Positions 1-9,292 are shown, counted from the first letter of the stretch. The stretch: DNA of 64,000 bases from Patescibacteria group bacterium (GCA_049322675.1 JBMORM010000017.1:3928-67927); one strand, 5' to 3'. Numbers and translations are program-made. Notes: generated by a model not told the origin, from the sequence alone.

Positions 1-140
1 ATACTGATCAGTATGTGGAAAAAGTGATTGAAGTGAGGTTAAAACCAAAATTGCGAGAGGAAGCACTGAAAGACATTCGAGGAGTCAAAGGATTGGAAAG
101 TTGTGTTTTATTGAGTAATAATGGTGAATTTGCCGAGTAA
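1..140 (+). CDS. 3' end of a gene entering the window (partial; hypothetical, C-terminal tail ...LKDIRGVKGLESCVLLSNNGEFAE)
   Basis: Open frame from window start to TAA at 138-140; no ORF-track entry because the start lies upstream of the window. Confidence 0.35.
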   Translation, partial: TDQYVEKVIEVRLKPKLREEALKDIRGVKGLESCVLLSNNGEFAE

Positions 141-176
141 ATATAAATATTTGTTTAATTATTTTAGAGAAAAAAA

Positions 177-2222
177 ATGAAAAGAAAAATATTAATTTTT
201 AGTTTGGTCGGTTTGGTTGTTTTGTTGTTGGTGGGAGGAATGGTTTATATGGCAGGTGGCTTCAATGCCAAGGTTGATAATCAAAAAATACAAGAAATTT
301 CAACCAATAATAATCAGGAGACTGATTTGACTGATCATGAAGAGGCGACGGATTATATATGGAGTGATAGTGAGGTAAAAAAAATCAGTTTGAATGCGGA
401 AAAGATCACTACTAATGCCAATGGAGTAGTGGTTGATGGCCAGGTGGCAACTATCAAATCAGCCGGGACGTATCAGTTGCAAGGTGATTTGACCGATGGA
501 CAAATTGTAGTTGATACCGATGAAGAAGAAGTTGTTAGAATTATTTTGGCTGGAGCGAAGATTAGTTGTTCTGATGGTTCGGCGATTTTGGTAAAAAAAG
601 CAAAAAAAGTAATAGTAGTAGCGGCGGATGGTTCAGAAAATGTTTTATCTGACGGATCAACATATGCTACCAGTGGAAATAGTGATGAAGATCAGCCAAA
701 TGCTGCTTTGTATAGTACAGCTGATTTGACTTTATATGGTTTGGGAGAAGGAAAATTGGTGATCAATGGCAATTATAATGATGGCATAGCTAGCAAGGAT
801 GGTTTGGTATTACGAAATATTTCGGTGGAGGTAGAGGCGGTGGATGATGGGATTAGGGGTAAAGATTATGTTGCAGTAAAAAACGCGGATATTTCGGTGG
901 AGGTGGGTGGTGATGGTGTAAAGTCGGACAATGAAGAGAATGATCAAAAGGGGAATATTATTTTTTATTCCGGAGTGGCGAAAGTAGTAGCTGGAAAAGA
1001 TGGGTTGTCGGCTGCTAATTTACTGGAGATAAAAGATGGACAAATTGAAGTAACGACTGGCGGTGGTAGTAAAAATAGTTTGAAAAGTAATGATGAGTCG
1101 ATGAAAGGGGTAAAAGCTGGAAAGACGGTAAGAATATATGGAGGAAATATAATTATTGATTCGGCTGATGATGCAATACATTCCAATGGTGTATTGGTGA
1201 TCGACCAAGGAGAAATTGTTATTAGTTCTGGTGATGATGGTATTCATGCTGATGCTTCAATTGAGATCAACGGTGGGAATATCGATATTCAAAAATCATA
1301 CGAAGGAATAGAGAGTGCGGTAATTACTTTTAATGATGGAACAACTAAAATTGTAGCGAGTGATGACGGGGTAAATGTAGCGGGAGGAAATGATGGTTCG
1401 GCGTTGGGTCGGATGGGGCAAGGTAGTTTTGATCAGGCAGAAGAAGGTTGTTATTTGTATATTAATGGTGGTTATATTTATGCTAATGCTGGAGGAGATG
1501 GCTTGGATTCTAATGGTTCGGTGGTAATGACGGGAGGAACGGCAGTGGTGGATGGTCCGATCAACAATGGTAATGGTCCCTTGGATTATAACGGAACATT
1601 TGATATAAGTGGTGGATATCTTTTAGCGGTGGGTAGTTCGGGGATGGCACAAGCTCCGAGTGAATCATCTACTCAAAATTCAATTTTGGTTAACTTTGAT
1701 ACGATGCAGGCGGCAGGAACGTTAATTAATATACAAGATAGTAATGGTAATAATTTGTTGACGTATTCGCCGGCTAAACAATATCAATCGATTGTGTTTT
1801 CAGGATCGAAAATTGCACAAGGTGAGACTTATAGTTTGTATTTGGGTGGTAGTAGTACTGGCGAAAAAAATAATGGTTTGTATCAAAATGGTATATATAC
1901 TCCGGGAGAATTGAATCAAACATTTTCGGTTGACGGAATAGTAACGAAGGTGGGGCAGGTGATGGCCGGTGGTCCGGGTGGTGGAATGGGGTTTGGAAGA
2001 GGAATGAATGATGCAACTACGACTCAAAATAATACTTTTTCTGTGGATTCTAATAATAGTAGTAGTGAAATAAATGATGGTCAATCAATGGGAAATATGC
2101 CGCCACCTCAAGGAGCTGGAAATATGCCAAGCGAGGGAATACCGCCAGATGGTATTGGTCCGCAAGATGCTAGAATGTCAAATGGTATTCCGTCAAGTGC
2201 AGTTGGTAACGAAAAAAATTAG
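177..2222 (+). CDS. Secreted/anchored beta-helix carbohydrate-binding protein, Cthe_2159-like, with Gly/Pro-rich C-terminal tail
   Basis: N-terminal TM/signal (ILIFSLVGLVVLLLVGG). Motif block TIKSAGTYQLQGDLTDGQIVVDT...VRIILAGAKISCSDGSAILVKKAKKVIVVAADGSEN is typical of the Cthe_2159 family, followed by repetitive beta-helix-like segments. Confidence 0.6.
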   Translation: MKRKILIFSLVGLVVLLLVGGMVYMAGGFNAKVDNQKIQEISTNNNQETDLTDHEEATDYIWSDSEVKKISLNAEKITTNANGVVVDGQVATIKSAGTYQLQGDLTDGQIVVDTDEEEVVRIILAGAKISCSDGSAILVKKAKKVIVVAADGSENVLSDGSTYATSGNSDEDQPNAALYSTADLTLYGLGEGKLVINGNYNDGIASKDGLVLRNISVEVEAVDDGIRGKDYVAVKNADISVEVGGDGVKSDNEENDQKGNIIFYSGVAKVVAGKDGLSAANLLEIKDGQIEVTTGGGSKNSLKSNDESMKGVKAGKTVRIYGGNIIIDSADDAIHSNGVLVIDQGEIVISSGDDGIHADASIEINGGNIDIQKSYEGIESAVITFNDGTTKIVASDDGVNVAGGNDGSALGRMGQGSFDQAEEGCYLYINGGYIYANAGGDGLDSNGSVVMTGGTAVVDGPINNGNGPLDYNGTFDISGGYLLAVGSSGMAQAPSESSTQNSILVNFDTMQAAGTLINIQDSNGNNLLTYSPAKQYQSIVFSGSKIAQGETYSLYLGGSSTGEKNNGLYQNGIYTPGELNQTFSVDGIVTKVGQVMAGGPGGGMGFGRGMNDATTTQNNTFSVDSNNSSSEINDGQSMGNMPPPQGAGNMPSEGIPPDGIGPQDARMSNGIPSSAVGNEKN

Positions 2223-2243
2223 TATCTGTGCATTTTTTATAAA

Positions 2244-2275
2244 AGGCTTCCGGATTATTTTTGGAAGTCTTTTTG
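2244..2275 (+). terminator. Weak intrinsic terminator hairpin (ggcttcc...ggaagtc) + T-run after the surface protein gene
   Basis: Inverted repeat cttcc/ggaag followed by tttttgtttt. Confidence 0.45.
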
Positions 2276-2330
2276 TTTTGGGAAGAAAGTATTTGTCATA
2301 TAATAAGATTGAATTGTTATATATTTTTCT

Positions 2331-2855
2331 ATGCAACACATCAATATCGAAATCAAAGCGAAAACCAATCGACAAGATGAGATTAGAGAAATGTTGAAAT
2401 CCAAGAAAGCGGATTTCAAGGGGGTGGACCATCAGGTAGATACTTATTATAATGTAAAATTTGGGCGGTTGAAATTGCGGGAAGGGGAAATTGAGAATTA
2501 TTTGATTCATTATGATCGGGAGAATCAAGTCGGTCCCAAACAGTCAAATGTTATTTTGTACAAATCTGATCCAAAATCTTCTTTGAAAGAAATATTGGTA
2601 AAGTCCTTGGGGGTTTTGGTGGTGGTGGATAAAATGCGGGAAATATATTTTATCGATAATGTAAAATTTCATCTTGATCTAGTTCAAGACTTGGGGACTT
2701 TTATGGAAATAGAGGCGATTGATGAAACGGGAAATATTGGTAAAGAAAAACTCCAAGCTCAGTGCGAGGAGTTTATTGATTTGTTTCAAATAAAAAAAGA
2801 AGATTTGTTGGCTGAGTCTTATAGTGATTTGTTGTTGGGGAAAATTGATAGTTAA
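2331..2855 (+). CDS. CYTH-domain protein (class IV adenylate cyclase / triphosphatase-like)
   Basis: INIEIKAK...DTYY...LKLREGE...YKSD...FHLDLVQDLGTFMEIEAI matches the CYTH/CyaB-type EIE-K...LR...E-E fold signature. Confidence 0.6.
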   Translation: MQHINIEIKAKTNRQDEIREMLKSKKADFKGVDHQVDTYYNVKFGRLKLREGEIENYLIHYDRENQVGPKQSNVILYKSDPKSSLKEILVKSLGVLVVVDKMREIYFIDNVKFHLDLVQDLGTFMEIEAIDETGNIGKEKLQAQCEEFIDLFQIKKEDLLAESYSDLLLGKIDS

Positions 2856-2878
2856 CAATAATTATTTAATTGATTTTT

Positions 2879-3448
2879 TTAGAATATGCTAGGGTATCCG
2901 CCGCTACTACAACCAAAAGTATTTAAATTGGAAGTGGGTTCAAGGAGGTAATCACTGTTAAATAGGGATTTGTCTGATTGATTTTTGGTTCCATCGGTAA
3001 TAACGTCTGTTGTCGTTTTTGTTGTAGAAAAGAAAGAAATTTCTATGTAGATTATTAATGACGAAACAAGAAACGTGATTGATATAATTTTGATGAATAG
3101 AAGCCAGTTGTCTGAGGCTGCTTTTCGGAGAAAAAACCAGAGAATAGCGAAGATAATTCCCCAGTAGAGGTAGGACATCCAGTAATTATTGTATGGGTTA
3201 GGTGATTGGCCCAGGGGTAAAAAATATATGTATTTTCCTAGAAATAATCCGAACAAAAGAGTGAGAGATATTGCGATATAAACATTATTGCTTGGATTAA
3301 AAATTTTATTTTTTTCTATAAGACTAATAATTAATTTGATTATAGCAATGATAATGATGACGTAAAAAACGATTGAGATAATAATTTGGAAGAATATATA
3401 CATTAATGGTGGTTGAGGAAAGGAAATACAGGCCAAAGTGGTGAGCAT
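2879..3448 (-). CDS. Hypothetical multi-pass membrane protein
   Basis: Several hydrophobic helices; convergent with the CYTH gene; no recognisable motif. Confidence 0.4.
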   Translation of the reverse strand: MLTTLACISFPQPPLMYIFFQIIISIVFYVIIIIAIIKLIISLIEKNKIFNPSNNVYIAISLTLLFGLFLGKYIYFLPLGQSPNPYNNYWMSYLYWGIIFAILWFFLRKAASDNWLLFIKIISITFLVSSLIIYIEISFFSTTKTTTDVITDGTKNQSDKSLFNSDYLLEPTSNLNTFGCSSGGYPSIF

Positions 3449-3552
3449 TTTTTTATAAATATTAATTAATTATTTAAATTATATCATTGGTCAAACCGGC
3501 TGGCTTTTTTTATAATGGATTAAAAGCAAAATAATTATTGAGGTTTTAAAAA

Positions 3553-4038
3553 ATGGAAAAAATTTTGGTGCGGCAGTCGGCGGCGGTTTTGGTGTCGCGG
3601 ATAATTATGGTGGTAGTGGTTAGTAATTTGATGTTATTTTTTTCTTCGGTAATTACAGATTTGGCATTGAAAGATAATCGTATAATATTCTTGAATTTTA
3701 TTGAGTATGATACTTTGGTGTTATTTTTGTTGTTGATTTTTCAATTGATTGTGTCATTGTTTGTTTGTTTGGCTTGGTATCGTAATTTTTATAAAGTCGA
3801 TAATGGACAGATTATTTGGCATCGGGGAATTGTGTTTCCCAAGGAGACTATTTTTGTAATCAATCAGAGAATGGAATTTTCGGTCGAGGAGGGGTTTTGG
3901 GAAAAGTTGTTGGACTATGGAAGTATAAAAATCAAACTGGATGCCAAGGAGCAGTTTGTAATATTGGCTGTTTCTAATCCGCGTTATTTACTGGGAAAAT
4001 TGCAAGAATGTCAGCAAAGCAATGAATTAACTCAATAG
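3553..4038 (+). CDS. Membrane protein with bacterial PH-like (YdbS/YdbT-type) domain
   Basis: Two N-terminal TM helices followed by IIWHRGIVFPKETIFVINQRMEFSVEEGFWEKLLDYGSIKI, typical of the bPH_2 family. Confidence 0.45.
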   Translation: MEKILVRQSAAVLVSRIIMVVVVSNLMLFFSSVITDLALKDNRIIFLNFIEYDTLVLFLLLIFQLIVSLFVCLAWYRNFYKVDNGQIIWHRGIVFPKETIFVINQRMEFSVEEGFWEKLLDYGSIKIKLDAKEQFVILAVSNPRYLLGKLQECQQSNELTQ

Positions 4039-4044
4039 AAAAAT

Positions 4045-4953
4045 ATGTATCAGGTTGGGTTTTATTTTAAAAAATATACTTGGATGGTGGTATTGTTGGC
4101 GGTGGGAGTTGGTTTGTTTTGTCCTGGTTTTGGTTTGGTTTTTCAAAAATATGTTCCGTATTTGTTGATGTTGTTGATGTTTTTGGGTTGTTTAAATATG
4201 GATCTTGGCCGGTCGGTTAAACATTTGAAAAAAATTCGAAAGGTCTTGTTGTCTTTGTTTGTGGTTCATCTTGGTTCGGCATTGTTGGTATTGGCATTTC
4301 GTAGTTTTTTTTCTGATGAGATATTTTTGGGTTTGATAATTGCGGCGGCGGCGCCGGTGGGGGTCAGCGTTGTTTTTTTGTCCGATCTTTATGGTGGTAG
4401 CAAGCACAAATCTTTGGTAATCGCATTTTTGTCCAATATATTATGTCCGCTACTTTTCCCGTTTGTGGTACATTTGCTCGCAGGTCGGGTAATTGAGATT
4501 GACTGGATGAGTATTTTTTGGAAAACATTTATATTGGTAGTGATACCGGTGGGTTTGGCGATTTTGATGCAAAATACTATATTGAATAAAATTTTGAGTC
4601 GCAATGGAACATTTGTTTCGGTGGCCGCTTTGTTTTTTCTGGTGGTCGGAGTGATATCTCCGGTGAGTGCGGTAGTGATGGCCAATTTGGGTTTAGTTTG
4701 GTGGCTGATGGGATTTGTGGCGGTGTTGGTTTTGTTGAATTTTGGGGTGGGATTTTGGTTGGGTTCGGATTATAAAGCAAAGGTGACTTATGCGATTGTT
4801 TTGAGTTATAAAAATTTTTCGTTAGCAATGGTGATAGCTTTGTCGATGTTTGGTCCGATGGTGGCTTTGCCGGCGGTGGTTTATACTTTGGTGAATAATT
4901 TATTATTAATACCGTTGCAATTGGTGTTTGTAAAAGATAAACAAAAAAGATGA
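4045..4953 (+). CDS. BASS-family (bile acid:sodium symporter-like) transporter
   Basis: About 300 aa, about 9-10 TM helices, GLIIAAAAPVGVSVVFLSDLYGG...LSNILCPLLFPF; stop overlaps the next start (ATGA). Confidence 0.5.
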   Translation: MYQVGFYFKKYTWMVVLLAVGVGLFCPGFGLVFQKYVPYLLMLLMFLGCLNMDLGRSVKHLKKIRKVLLSLFVVHLGSALLVLAFRSFFSDEIFLGLIIAAAAPVGVSVVFLSDLYGGSKHKSLVIAFLSNILCPLLFPFVVHLLAGRVIEIDWMSIFWKTFILVVIPVGLAILMQNTILNKILSRNGTFVSVAALFFLVVGVISPVSAVVMANLGLVWWLMGFVAVLVLLNFGVGFWLGSDYKAKVTYAIVLSYKNFSLAMVIALSMFGPMVALPAVVYTLVNNLLLIPLQLVFVKDKQKR

Positions 4954-5903
4954 AAATAATTCGACCAAAACGTTTAATCAAAGGGGATAGAGTGGTAATC
5001 GTGGCTCCGGCTTCGCCATTTGATCCTGAAGAGATAAAATGTGGGATTGAAGTAATAGAAAAGAAAGGTTTGATACCGGTGTTGGGCGAAAATGTAAAAA
5101 ATATGCGGACCAATCAACTATATGCTGCTGATATCAAGGAGAGGACGCGAGAACTCATGAAAGGTTTTTTGGATAAAAAGATTGCTGGTATTTTTGTTGC
5201 TGGGGGTGGTTTGGGATCGGAGGAGTTGTTGCCGTTTTTGGATTATGAAGTAATAAAAAAACATCCGAAAATTTTTATGGGTTTCAGCGATATTACGGCA
5301 TTAAATAATGGAATTTTTGCTAAAACCGGTTTAGTAAATTTTAATGGTCCCTCAATCAGTATGACCAATAAAACGAAACATGCTCGAAAGATGGATATTA
5401 TTAGTTTAAATGATGTATTGAACTTGTTGATGTCTGATGAAAAGTGGGAAGATAAATCTTTTTTACAAAATAAACAATTGGTGCGTTGTGTGTCGCCGGG
5501 TAAGGTGTCGGGCAGAGCGATTGGCGGGAATCTATCAACTTTTTGTGGATTGCTTGGAACAAAATATCTGCCGGATTGTAAGGATAAAATTATTTTCTTT
5601 GAGGATATTCATGAGGGAGGATACAATGTCGAGGTATTTTTAACTCAGCTAAAATTGGCGGGGATTTTGTCTCTGGCCAAAGGGGTGGTGTTTGGCGAGT
5701 TTATCGATGTAGAACGAAAAGTTGATCCGCTTGATCCCGATATTGAAGAAGTTATAGTAAGATTTTTTCAAAACGGCCCCGCTTGTATTTTTGGATTAAA
5801 TTTTAGTCATGGGGAAACGACGGCGGCGATACCGATTGGGGTTGAAACAAAGTTGGACGCAACCAAGGGAAAAGTATATTTTGGAAATCCTTTAACTACT
5901 TAA
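4950..5903 (+). CDS. ldcA: LD-carboxypeptidase (peptidase S66, muramoyltetrapeptide carboxypeptidase-like)
   Basis: GDRVVIVAPASP, FVAGGGLGSEELLPFLDY, MGFSDITALNNGIF, FGLNFSHGETTAAIPIGV are S66 hallmarks. Confidence 0.8.
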   Translation: MKIIRPKRLIKGDRVVIVAPASPFDPEEIKCGIEVIEKKGLIPVLGENVKNMRTNQLYAADIKERTRELMKGFLDKKIAGIFVAGGGLGSEELLPFLDYEVIKKHPKIFMGFSDITALNNGIFAKTGLVNFNGPSISMTNKTKHARKMDIISLNDVLNLLMSDEKWEDKSFLQNKQLVRCVSPGKVSGRAIGGNLSTFCGLLGTKYLPDCKDKIIFFEDIHEGGYNVEVFLTQLKLAGILSLAKGVVFGEFIDVERKVDPLDPDIEEVIVRFFQNGPACIFGLNFSHGETTAAIPIGVETKLDATKGKVYFGNPLTT

Positions 5904-5907
5904 GACG

Positions 5908-7146
5908 ATGCAACATAAATTTCCCAAAGGATTTTTGTGGGGGGCGGCTTCGGCGGCACATCAGGTGGAGGGTGGGCTGGTGAATGATTGGTCGAGGTGG
6001 GAGTTAAAAAGTGCTAATGACTTGGCTCGGCAGGGGAAAGAGCGTTGGAATGAAGAGAAAAGGAAATTATTTCCTGGGATTACTGAGTCAAAAAATTATA
6101 TTTCCGGCCGGGCTTGCGATCACTATCATCGGTACAAGGAAGATTTTTTATTGGCCAAGCAATTGGGGCACAATGCGACTCGGATTTCGGTGGATTGGTC
6201 ACGGATAGAACCGAGAGAGGGTGTTTTTGTCCAGAAAGAATTGGACCATTATCTGGAGGTGGTTAAGTATTTGGAAGAGATGGGGATTGAGCCGATGGTG
6301 ACGTTGTGGCATTGGCCGTTGCCGTTGTGGTTGGCGGATAAGGGTGGGTGGAAAGATAAAAAAACGGTGGAATATTTTGTCCGTTTTTCAAGAAAGGTGG
6401 TTAATGCATTGAAATCCAAAGTGTCATTTTGGCTGACTTTGAATGAGCCGGAAGTGTATGCGGCCAATTCGTATTTTATCGGAGAGTGGCCGCCACAGGA
6501 AAAAAATATTTTTTCTGCTTGGTCGGTTTTAAACAATTTGATTGCGGCTCATTGCCAGGTTTATGAGGCGATAAAATTTTTAGATAAAAAGGCGCGGGTG
6601 GGGTTGGCCAAACAGATGGCGTATTTTGAAAATGCTGATGGAAAATGGTTGACGCAGTTAGTGCAGGATGCCAAGGATTATTATTGGAACCAATATGTTT
6701 TGAAGAAAACTAAAGACAAGCTGGATTTTTTTGGTTTAAATTACTATTTTCACGAAAAACAGTTTGGGTGGGGAGTGCGAAATGATGATGAGAGCCGTTC
6801 GGATTTGGATTGGGAATTGTTTCCGCAAGGAATTTACAATGTTTTATTGGATTTGAAAAAATATGATTTTCCGGTTTATATAACAGAAAATGGTTTGGCA
6901 GATGCTTTTGATAAAGATCGAACGTGGTTTATTGAAAAGAGTTTGCAGGCAGTAGCTAGAGCGATGCAGCAGGGGGTTGATGTGAGAGGTTATTTGCATT
7001 GGTCGCTTACTGACAATTTTGAGTGGAATCGGGGATTTTGGCCAAGATTTGGTTTGATAGAGATTGATTATAAAACGTTGGAGAGGAAGATCAGGCCGTC
7101 GGCGTGGGAATATAAGATAATTATTAATAATGGGATAGGTGTTTAA
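5908..7146 (+). CDS. Glycoside hydrolase family 1 (beta-glucosidase/6-phospho-beta-glucosidase type)
   Basis: N-terminal FLWGAASAAHQVEGG, TLNEP acid/base and ITENG nucleophile motifs. Confidence 0.85.
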   Translation: MQHKFPKGFLWGAASAAHQVEGGLVNDWSRWELKSANDLARQGKERWNEEKRKLFPGITESKNYISGRACDHYHRYKEDFLLAKQLGHNATRISVDWSRIEPREGVFVQKELDHYLEVVKYLEEMGIEPMVTLWHWPLPLWLADKGGWKDKKTVEYFVRFSRKVVNALKSKVSFWLTLNEPEVYAANSYFIGEWPPQEKNIFSAWSVLNNLIAAHCQVYEAIKFLDKKARVGLAKQMAYFENADGKWLTQLVQDAKDYYWNQYVLKKTKDKLDFFGLNYYFHEKQFGWGVRNDDESRSDLDWELFPQGIYNVLLDLKKYDFPVYITENGLADAFDKDRTWFIEKSLQAVARAMQQGVDVRGYLHWSLTDNFEWNRGFWPRFGLIEIDYKTLERKIRPSAWEYKIIINNGIGV

Positions 7147-7297
7147 TTTCCAATTTTTCCCTCACGGGACCGAACTACTGCTGGCAATTTTCAATTTCCA
7201 AATATGTATTGATGGGTATTATAAATAATTTTATAAAACATTGAAGATTGGTAATTGGAAATTTTTTGAAAATTGAAAATTGAAAATTGGAAATTTT
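7147..7297. repeat. Repeat-family copy: TTCCAATTTT array + core ccctcacgggaccgaactactgctggc (7147-7203), about 50 bp spacer, inverted GGAAATT/GAAAATTG array (7254-7297)
   Basis: Direct reading; the same units recur at 7940, 10876, 11997, 12249, 16884, 17529, 19017 and 34013. Confidence 0.8.
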
Positions 7298-7356
7298 GTT
7301 TCGCGTGGTCTATATTGTGAATAGTGATTATTTTTATCAATAAGAGGGTGAGCGAT

Positions 7357-7872
7357 ATGGCACAAATAAATAAAAAACAAGAAGTGTTGGCGACAAGGCC
7401 GATTGATGAGGAATATGATCCCAATCAGGTGTTTGAATGGGAGTCATACGAATTTGAATATCATGAAAAAGGAAAAAACTGGGTTTGGGGATTGGTGGGA
7501 GTGGTGGTTTTGATGTCTGTATTGTTTGCGGTATTGAAAAATTGGTTGGGGATCGGTATAGTGGTTTTATTGGCGATTGTAGTTTACCAGTATGCTTTCA
7601 AGAAACCGGATAAAATTCATTTTGTTTTAACCAAAGATGGTTTACTGGTTGGGGACAAGATGTATGCCTTCAAAGAGTTGAAACAATTTTGGGTGACACA
7701 TGAAGGAATGTTGTATATTGATACCAAACAATATATTCCGCCAAGATTGTCTTCGATGTTGAGTTCGGTAGATGTGGAAGCGATGGTAAAATTTTTGGAA
7801 TACAATGTTCCAAAAGTTGATCGCAAGACGGCCGATTCGGGGGATCAATTGTCGAAATGGCTGAAGCTTTGA
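7357..7872 (+). CDS. Hypothetical protein with one TM helix
   Basis: ATG at 7357 preceded by AGAGGG SD; the ORF-track N-terminal extension (7324) lies in repeat DNA. Confidence 0.45.
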   Translation: MAQINKKQEVLATRPIDEEYDPNQVFEWESYEFEYHEKGKNWVWGLVGVVVLMSVLFAVLKNWLGIGIVVLLAIVVYQYAFKKPDKIHFVLTKDGLLVGDKMYAFKELKQFWVTHEGMLYIDTKQYIPPRLSSMLSSVDVEAMVKFLEYNVPKVDRKTADSGDQLSKWLKL

Positions 7873-7939
7873 TGTTTCAATACTGTTACTTTATTTTTTG
7901 TTAGGTTAATTTTTTCTATACGATAGATTTATTGGTTGA

Positions 7940-8047
7940 GAAATTTTCAATTTCCAATTTTCAATTTTCAAAAAATTTCCAATGATCAATTTCCAAATAT
8001 CGAATTCTAAATATGTTTGAAAATTGAGAATTGAAAATTGGAAATTT
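7940..8047. repeat. Repeat-family copy: inverted pair of TTCCAATTTTCAA arrays (7940-7998 and 8018-8047)
   Basis: ttttcaatttccaattttcaattttcaaaaaatttccaa ... ttgaaaattgagaattgaaaattggaaattt. Confidence 0.8.
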
Positions 8048-8060
8048 GTGTTTTGTATGT

Positions 8061-8134
8061 GCGCTCGTAGCTCAGCTGGATAGAGCATCAGCTTGCGGAG
8101 CTGGGGGTCGCAGGTTCGAATCCTGCCGAGCGCG
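8061..8134 (+). tRNA. tRNA-Arg (anticodon loop TTGCGGA, read as GCG)
   Basis: Cloverleaf GCGCTCG/CGAGCGC acceptor, GCTCAGCTGGATAGAGC D-arm, GGTTCGAATCC T-arm. Confidence 0.7.
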
Positions 8135-8138
8135 TTTT

Positions 8139-8165
8139 ATGAGGGGAAAATTCTTTTCCCCTCAT
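8139..8165 (+). terminator. Perfect 12-bp hairpin (atgaggggaaaa-ttc-ttttcccctcat) directly after tRNA-Arg
   Basis: Seen in sequence; no strong U-tail, so likely a processing/termination hairpin. Confidence 0.5.
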
Positions 8166-8250
8166 CGCTACGCTGCTCCCCTTTGAATAAAGTATCAAAA
8201 TCTCGAAATGAATTCGAAGATTTTGATGATAAATAGTCGGATCGATTCTT

Positions 8251-8290
8251 CCTCTTCCCAAAAATTTCTACGACAATTTTTGGGAGGGGA
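8251..8290. repeat. Palindromic hairpin element ctcttcccaaaaatt-tctacgac-aatttttgggagg; a second copy at 62203-62250 also flanks a tRNA-Arg
   Basis: About 14-bp arms around an 8-nt centre; near-identical copy at the other tRNA-Arg locus. Confidence 0.7.
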
Positions 8291-8377
8291 TTTGGGGAAG
8301 GAAAAAAAGAGTTTAATAATTTAATTAAGCTCTTTTTTTGTGTTAAAATTGGGGTGTAATGTATAAAAAAGAGAATT

Positions 8378-8890
8378 ATGAAAATATCGAGGGGATTGAA
8401 TAAATTTTTGAATCTGTTGGTGGTGTTATCTATTGTTGGTTTAGTTGTGTATTTATTGGCGACTGCGTTTCGTAATGAGACAGAGTTGTTTATTGCGGAT
8501 TATGGGATGTATATTCTTTTGGTGATGACGGGGGTTTTGCTTGGTTTGCTGGTGGCTTGTTTTGTTTTGAGTATTATTAATTTTGTCAGATTTGCCAAGA
8601 CAAAAAATAAAGATTTTTTGTATAAAGCGTTGCGATATTTGTTTGTTTTTCCGGTGGTTGTGGTAGTTTTGTATTCGGTGGGGGTGTATGTAATTGATAG
8701 TATTTATCTGGATAGAAATATGCGGGGGCCGAGTGGAGGCTTTTCGACGTGTTATATGCCGGTTAGTTTAAATAAATTGGATTCGAATGTTGTTAATCAG
8801 AAAAAAAAATCGAGTTTGGCGAGTTTGACGGAAAAATACAAAAATAATATTCCAGCGGATGTTTTGGAAAAAATTGATCGGGTTAAATAG
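8378..8890 (+). CDS. Small multi-pass membrane protein, paralog 1 of 3 (C-terminal tail ...STCY...KYKNNIPADVLEKIDRVK)
   Basis: 3-4 TM helices; shares KxKxKDFLY..LRYLFVFPVVV and the C-terminal NN(I/L)PADVLEKIDR motif with 9293-9760. Confidence 0.6.
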   Translation: MKISRGLNKFLNLLVVLSIVGLVVYLLATAFRNETELFIADYGMYILLVMTGVLLGLLVACFVLSIINFVRFAKTKNKDFLYKALRYLFVFPVVVVVLYSVGVYVIDSIYLDRNMRGPSGGFSTCYMPVSLNKLDSNVVNQKKKSSLASLTEKYKNNIPADVLEKIDRVK

Positions 8891-8898
8891 GAGGATTT

Positions 8899-9240
8899 GT
8901 GAGGATTTCTAAAATAGTAAGCGTGTTATTGAAAATATTAATTTCTTTGTCATTTTTATTTTTATTTTTATTTTTTTTATTGCTCTATTTCCCGAGTATA
9001 TTTTCTGGTTTTCTTGATTCAAACGAAAATATTATTAAAGCGATGTTTGGGGTTTTAACATTAGTTTTGGGAGTTGGTTTTTTTATATCTTTTTCTTATG
9101 GTTTTGTCCTTTTAGTTCAATATTTCAAGAAAAAAGACAAGAAATATCTATCAGAATCATTGAGATATTTATTGTTATATTCTTTGCTAGTGCTTTTTGC
9201 TGATTTGATTGTTGTAACCATTGGGAGAGTTATTCTTTAA
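8899..9240 (+). CDS. Small multi-pass membrane protein, paralog 2 of 3 (GTG start; ends at tandem TAA TAA just before the conserved tail-coding motif)
   Basis: AGGAGG SD at 8889-8894, GTG at 8899; KKKDKKYLSESLRYLLLYSLLV aligns with paralogs 1 and 3; ADVLEKIDRG is encoded in-frame after two stops. Confidence 0.5.
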   Translation: MRISKIVSVLLKILISLSFLFLFLFFLLLYFPSIFSGFLDSNENIIKAMFGVLTLVLGVGFFISFSYGFVLLVQYFKKKDKKYLSESLRYLLLYSLLVLFADLIVVTIGRVIL

Positions 9241-9292
9241 TAAGCGGATGTTTTGGAAAAAATTGATCGGGGTTAATTTTTTGGGAGGGAGT

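Noticed and set aside
965-2084. Several 70-95 aa minus-strand ORFs (965-1186, 1020-1247, 1774-2016, 1800-2084) inside the 177-2222 gene
   Set aside because: Antisense to a long, motif-supported CDS. The same applies to antisense or alternate-frame ORFs inside dnaK, dnaJ, hppA, lepA, the GT genes and others listed in the ORF track.
7906-8088. 60-aa minus-strand ORF
   Set aside because: Lies entirely in the TTCCAATTTTCAA repeat array and overlaps the tRNA-Arg; it is a translation of repeat DNA.
9221-9292. N-terminal extension of the third paralog ORF (MGELFFNKRMFWKKLIGVNFLGGS)
   Set aside because: It reads the conserved junction motif in a shifted frame and has no SD. The ATG at 9293 has a strong GGGAGG SD and aligns with the paralog N-termini.
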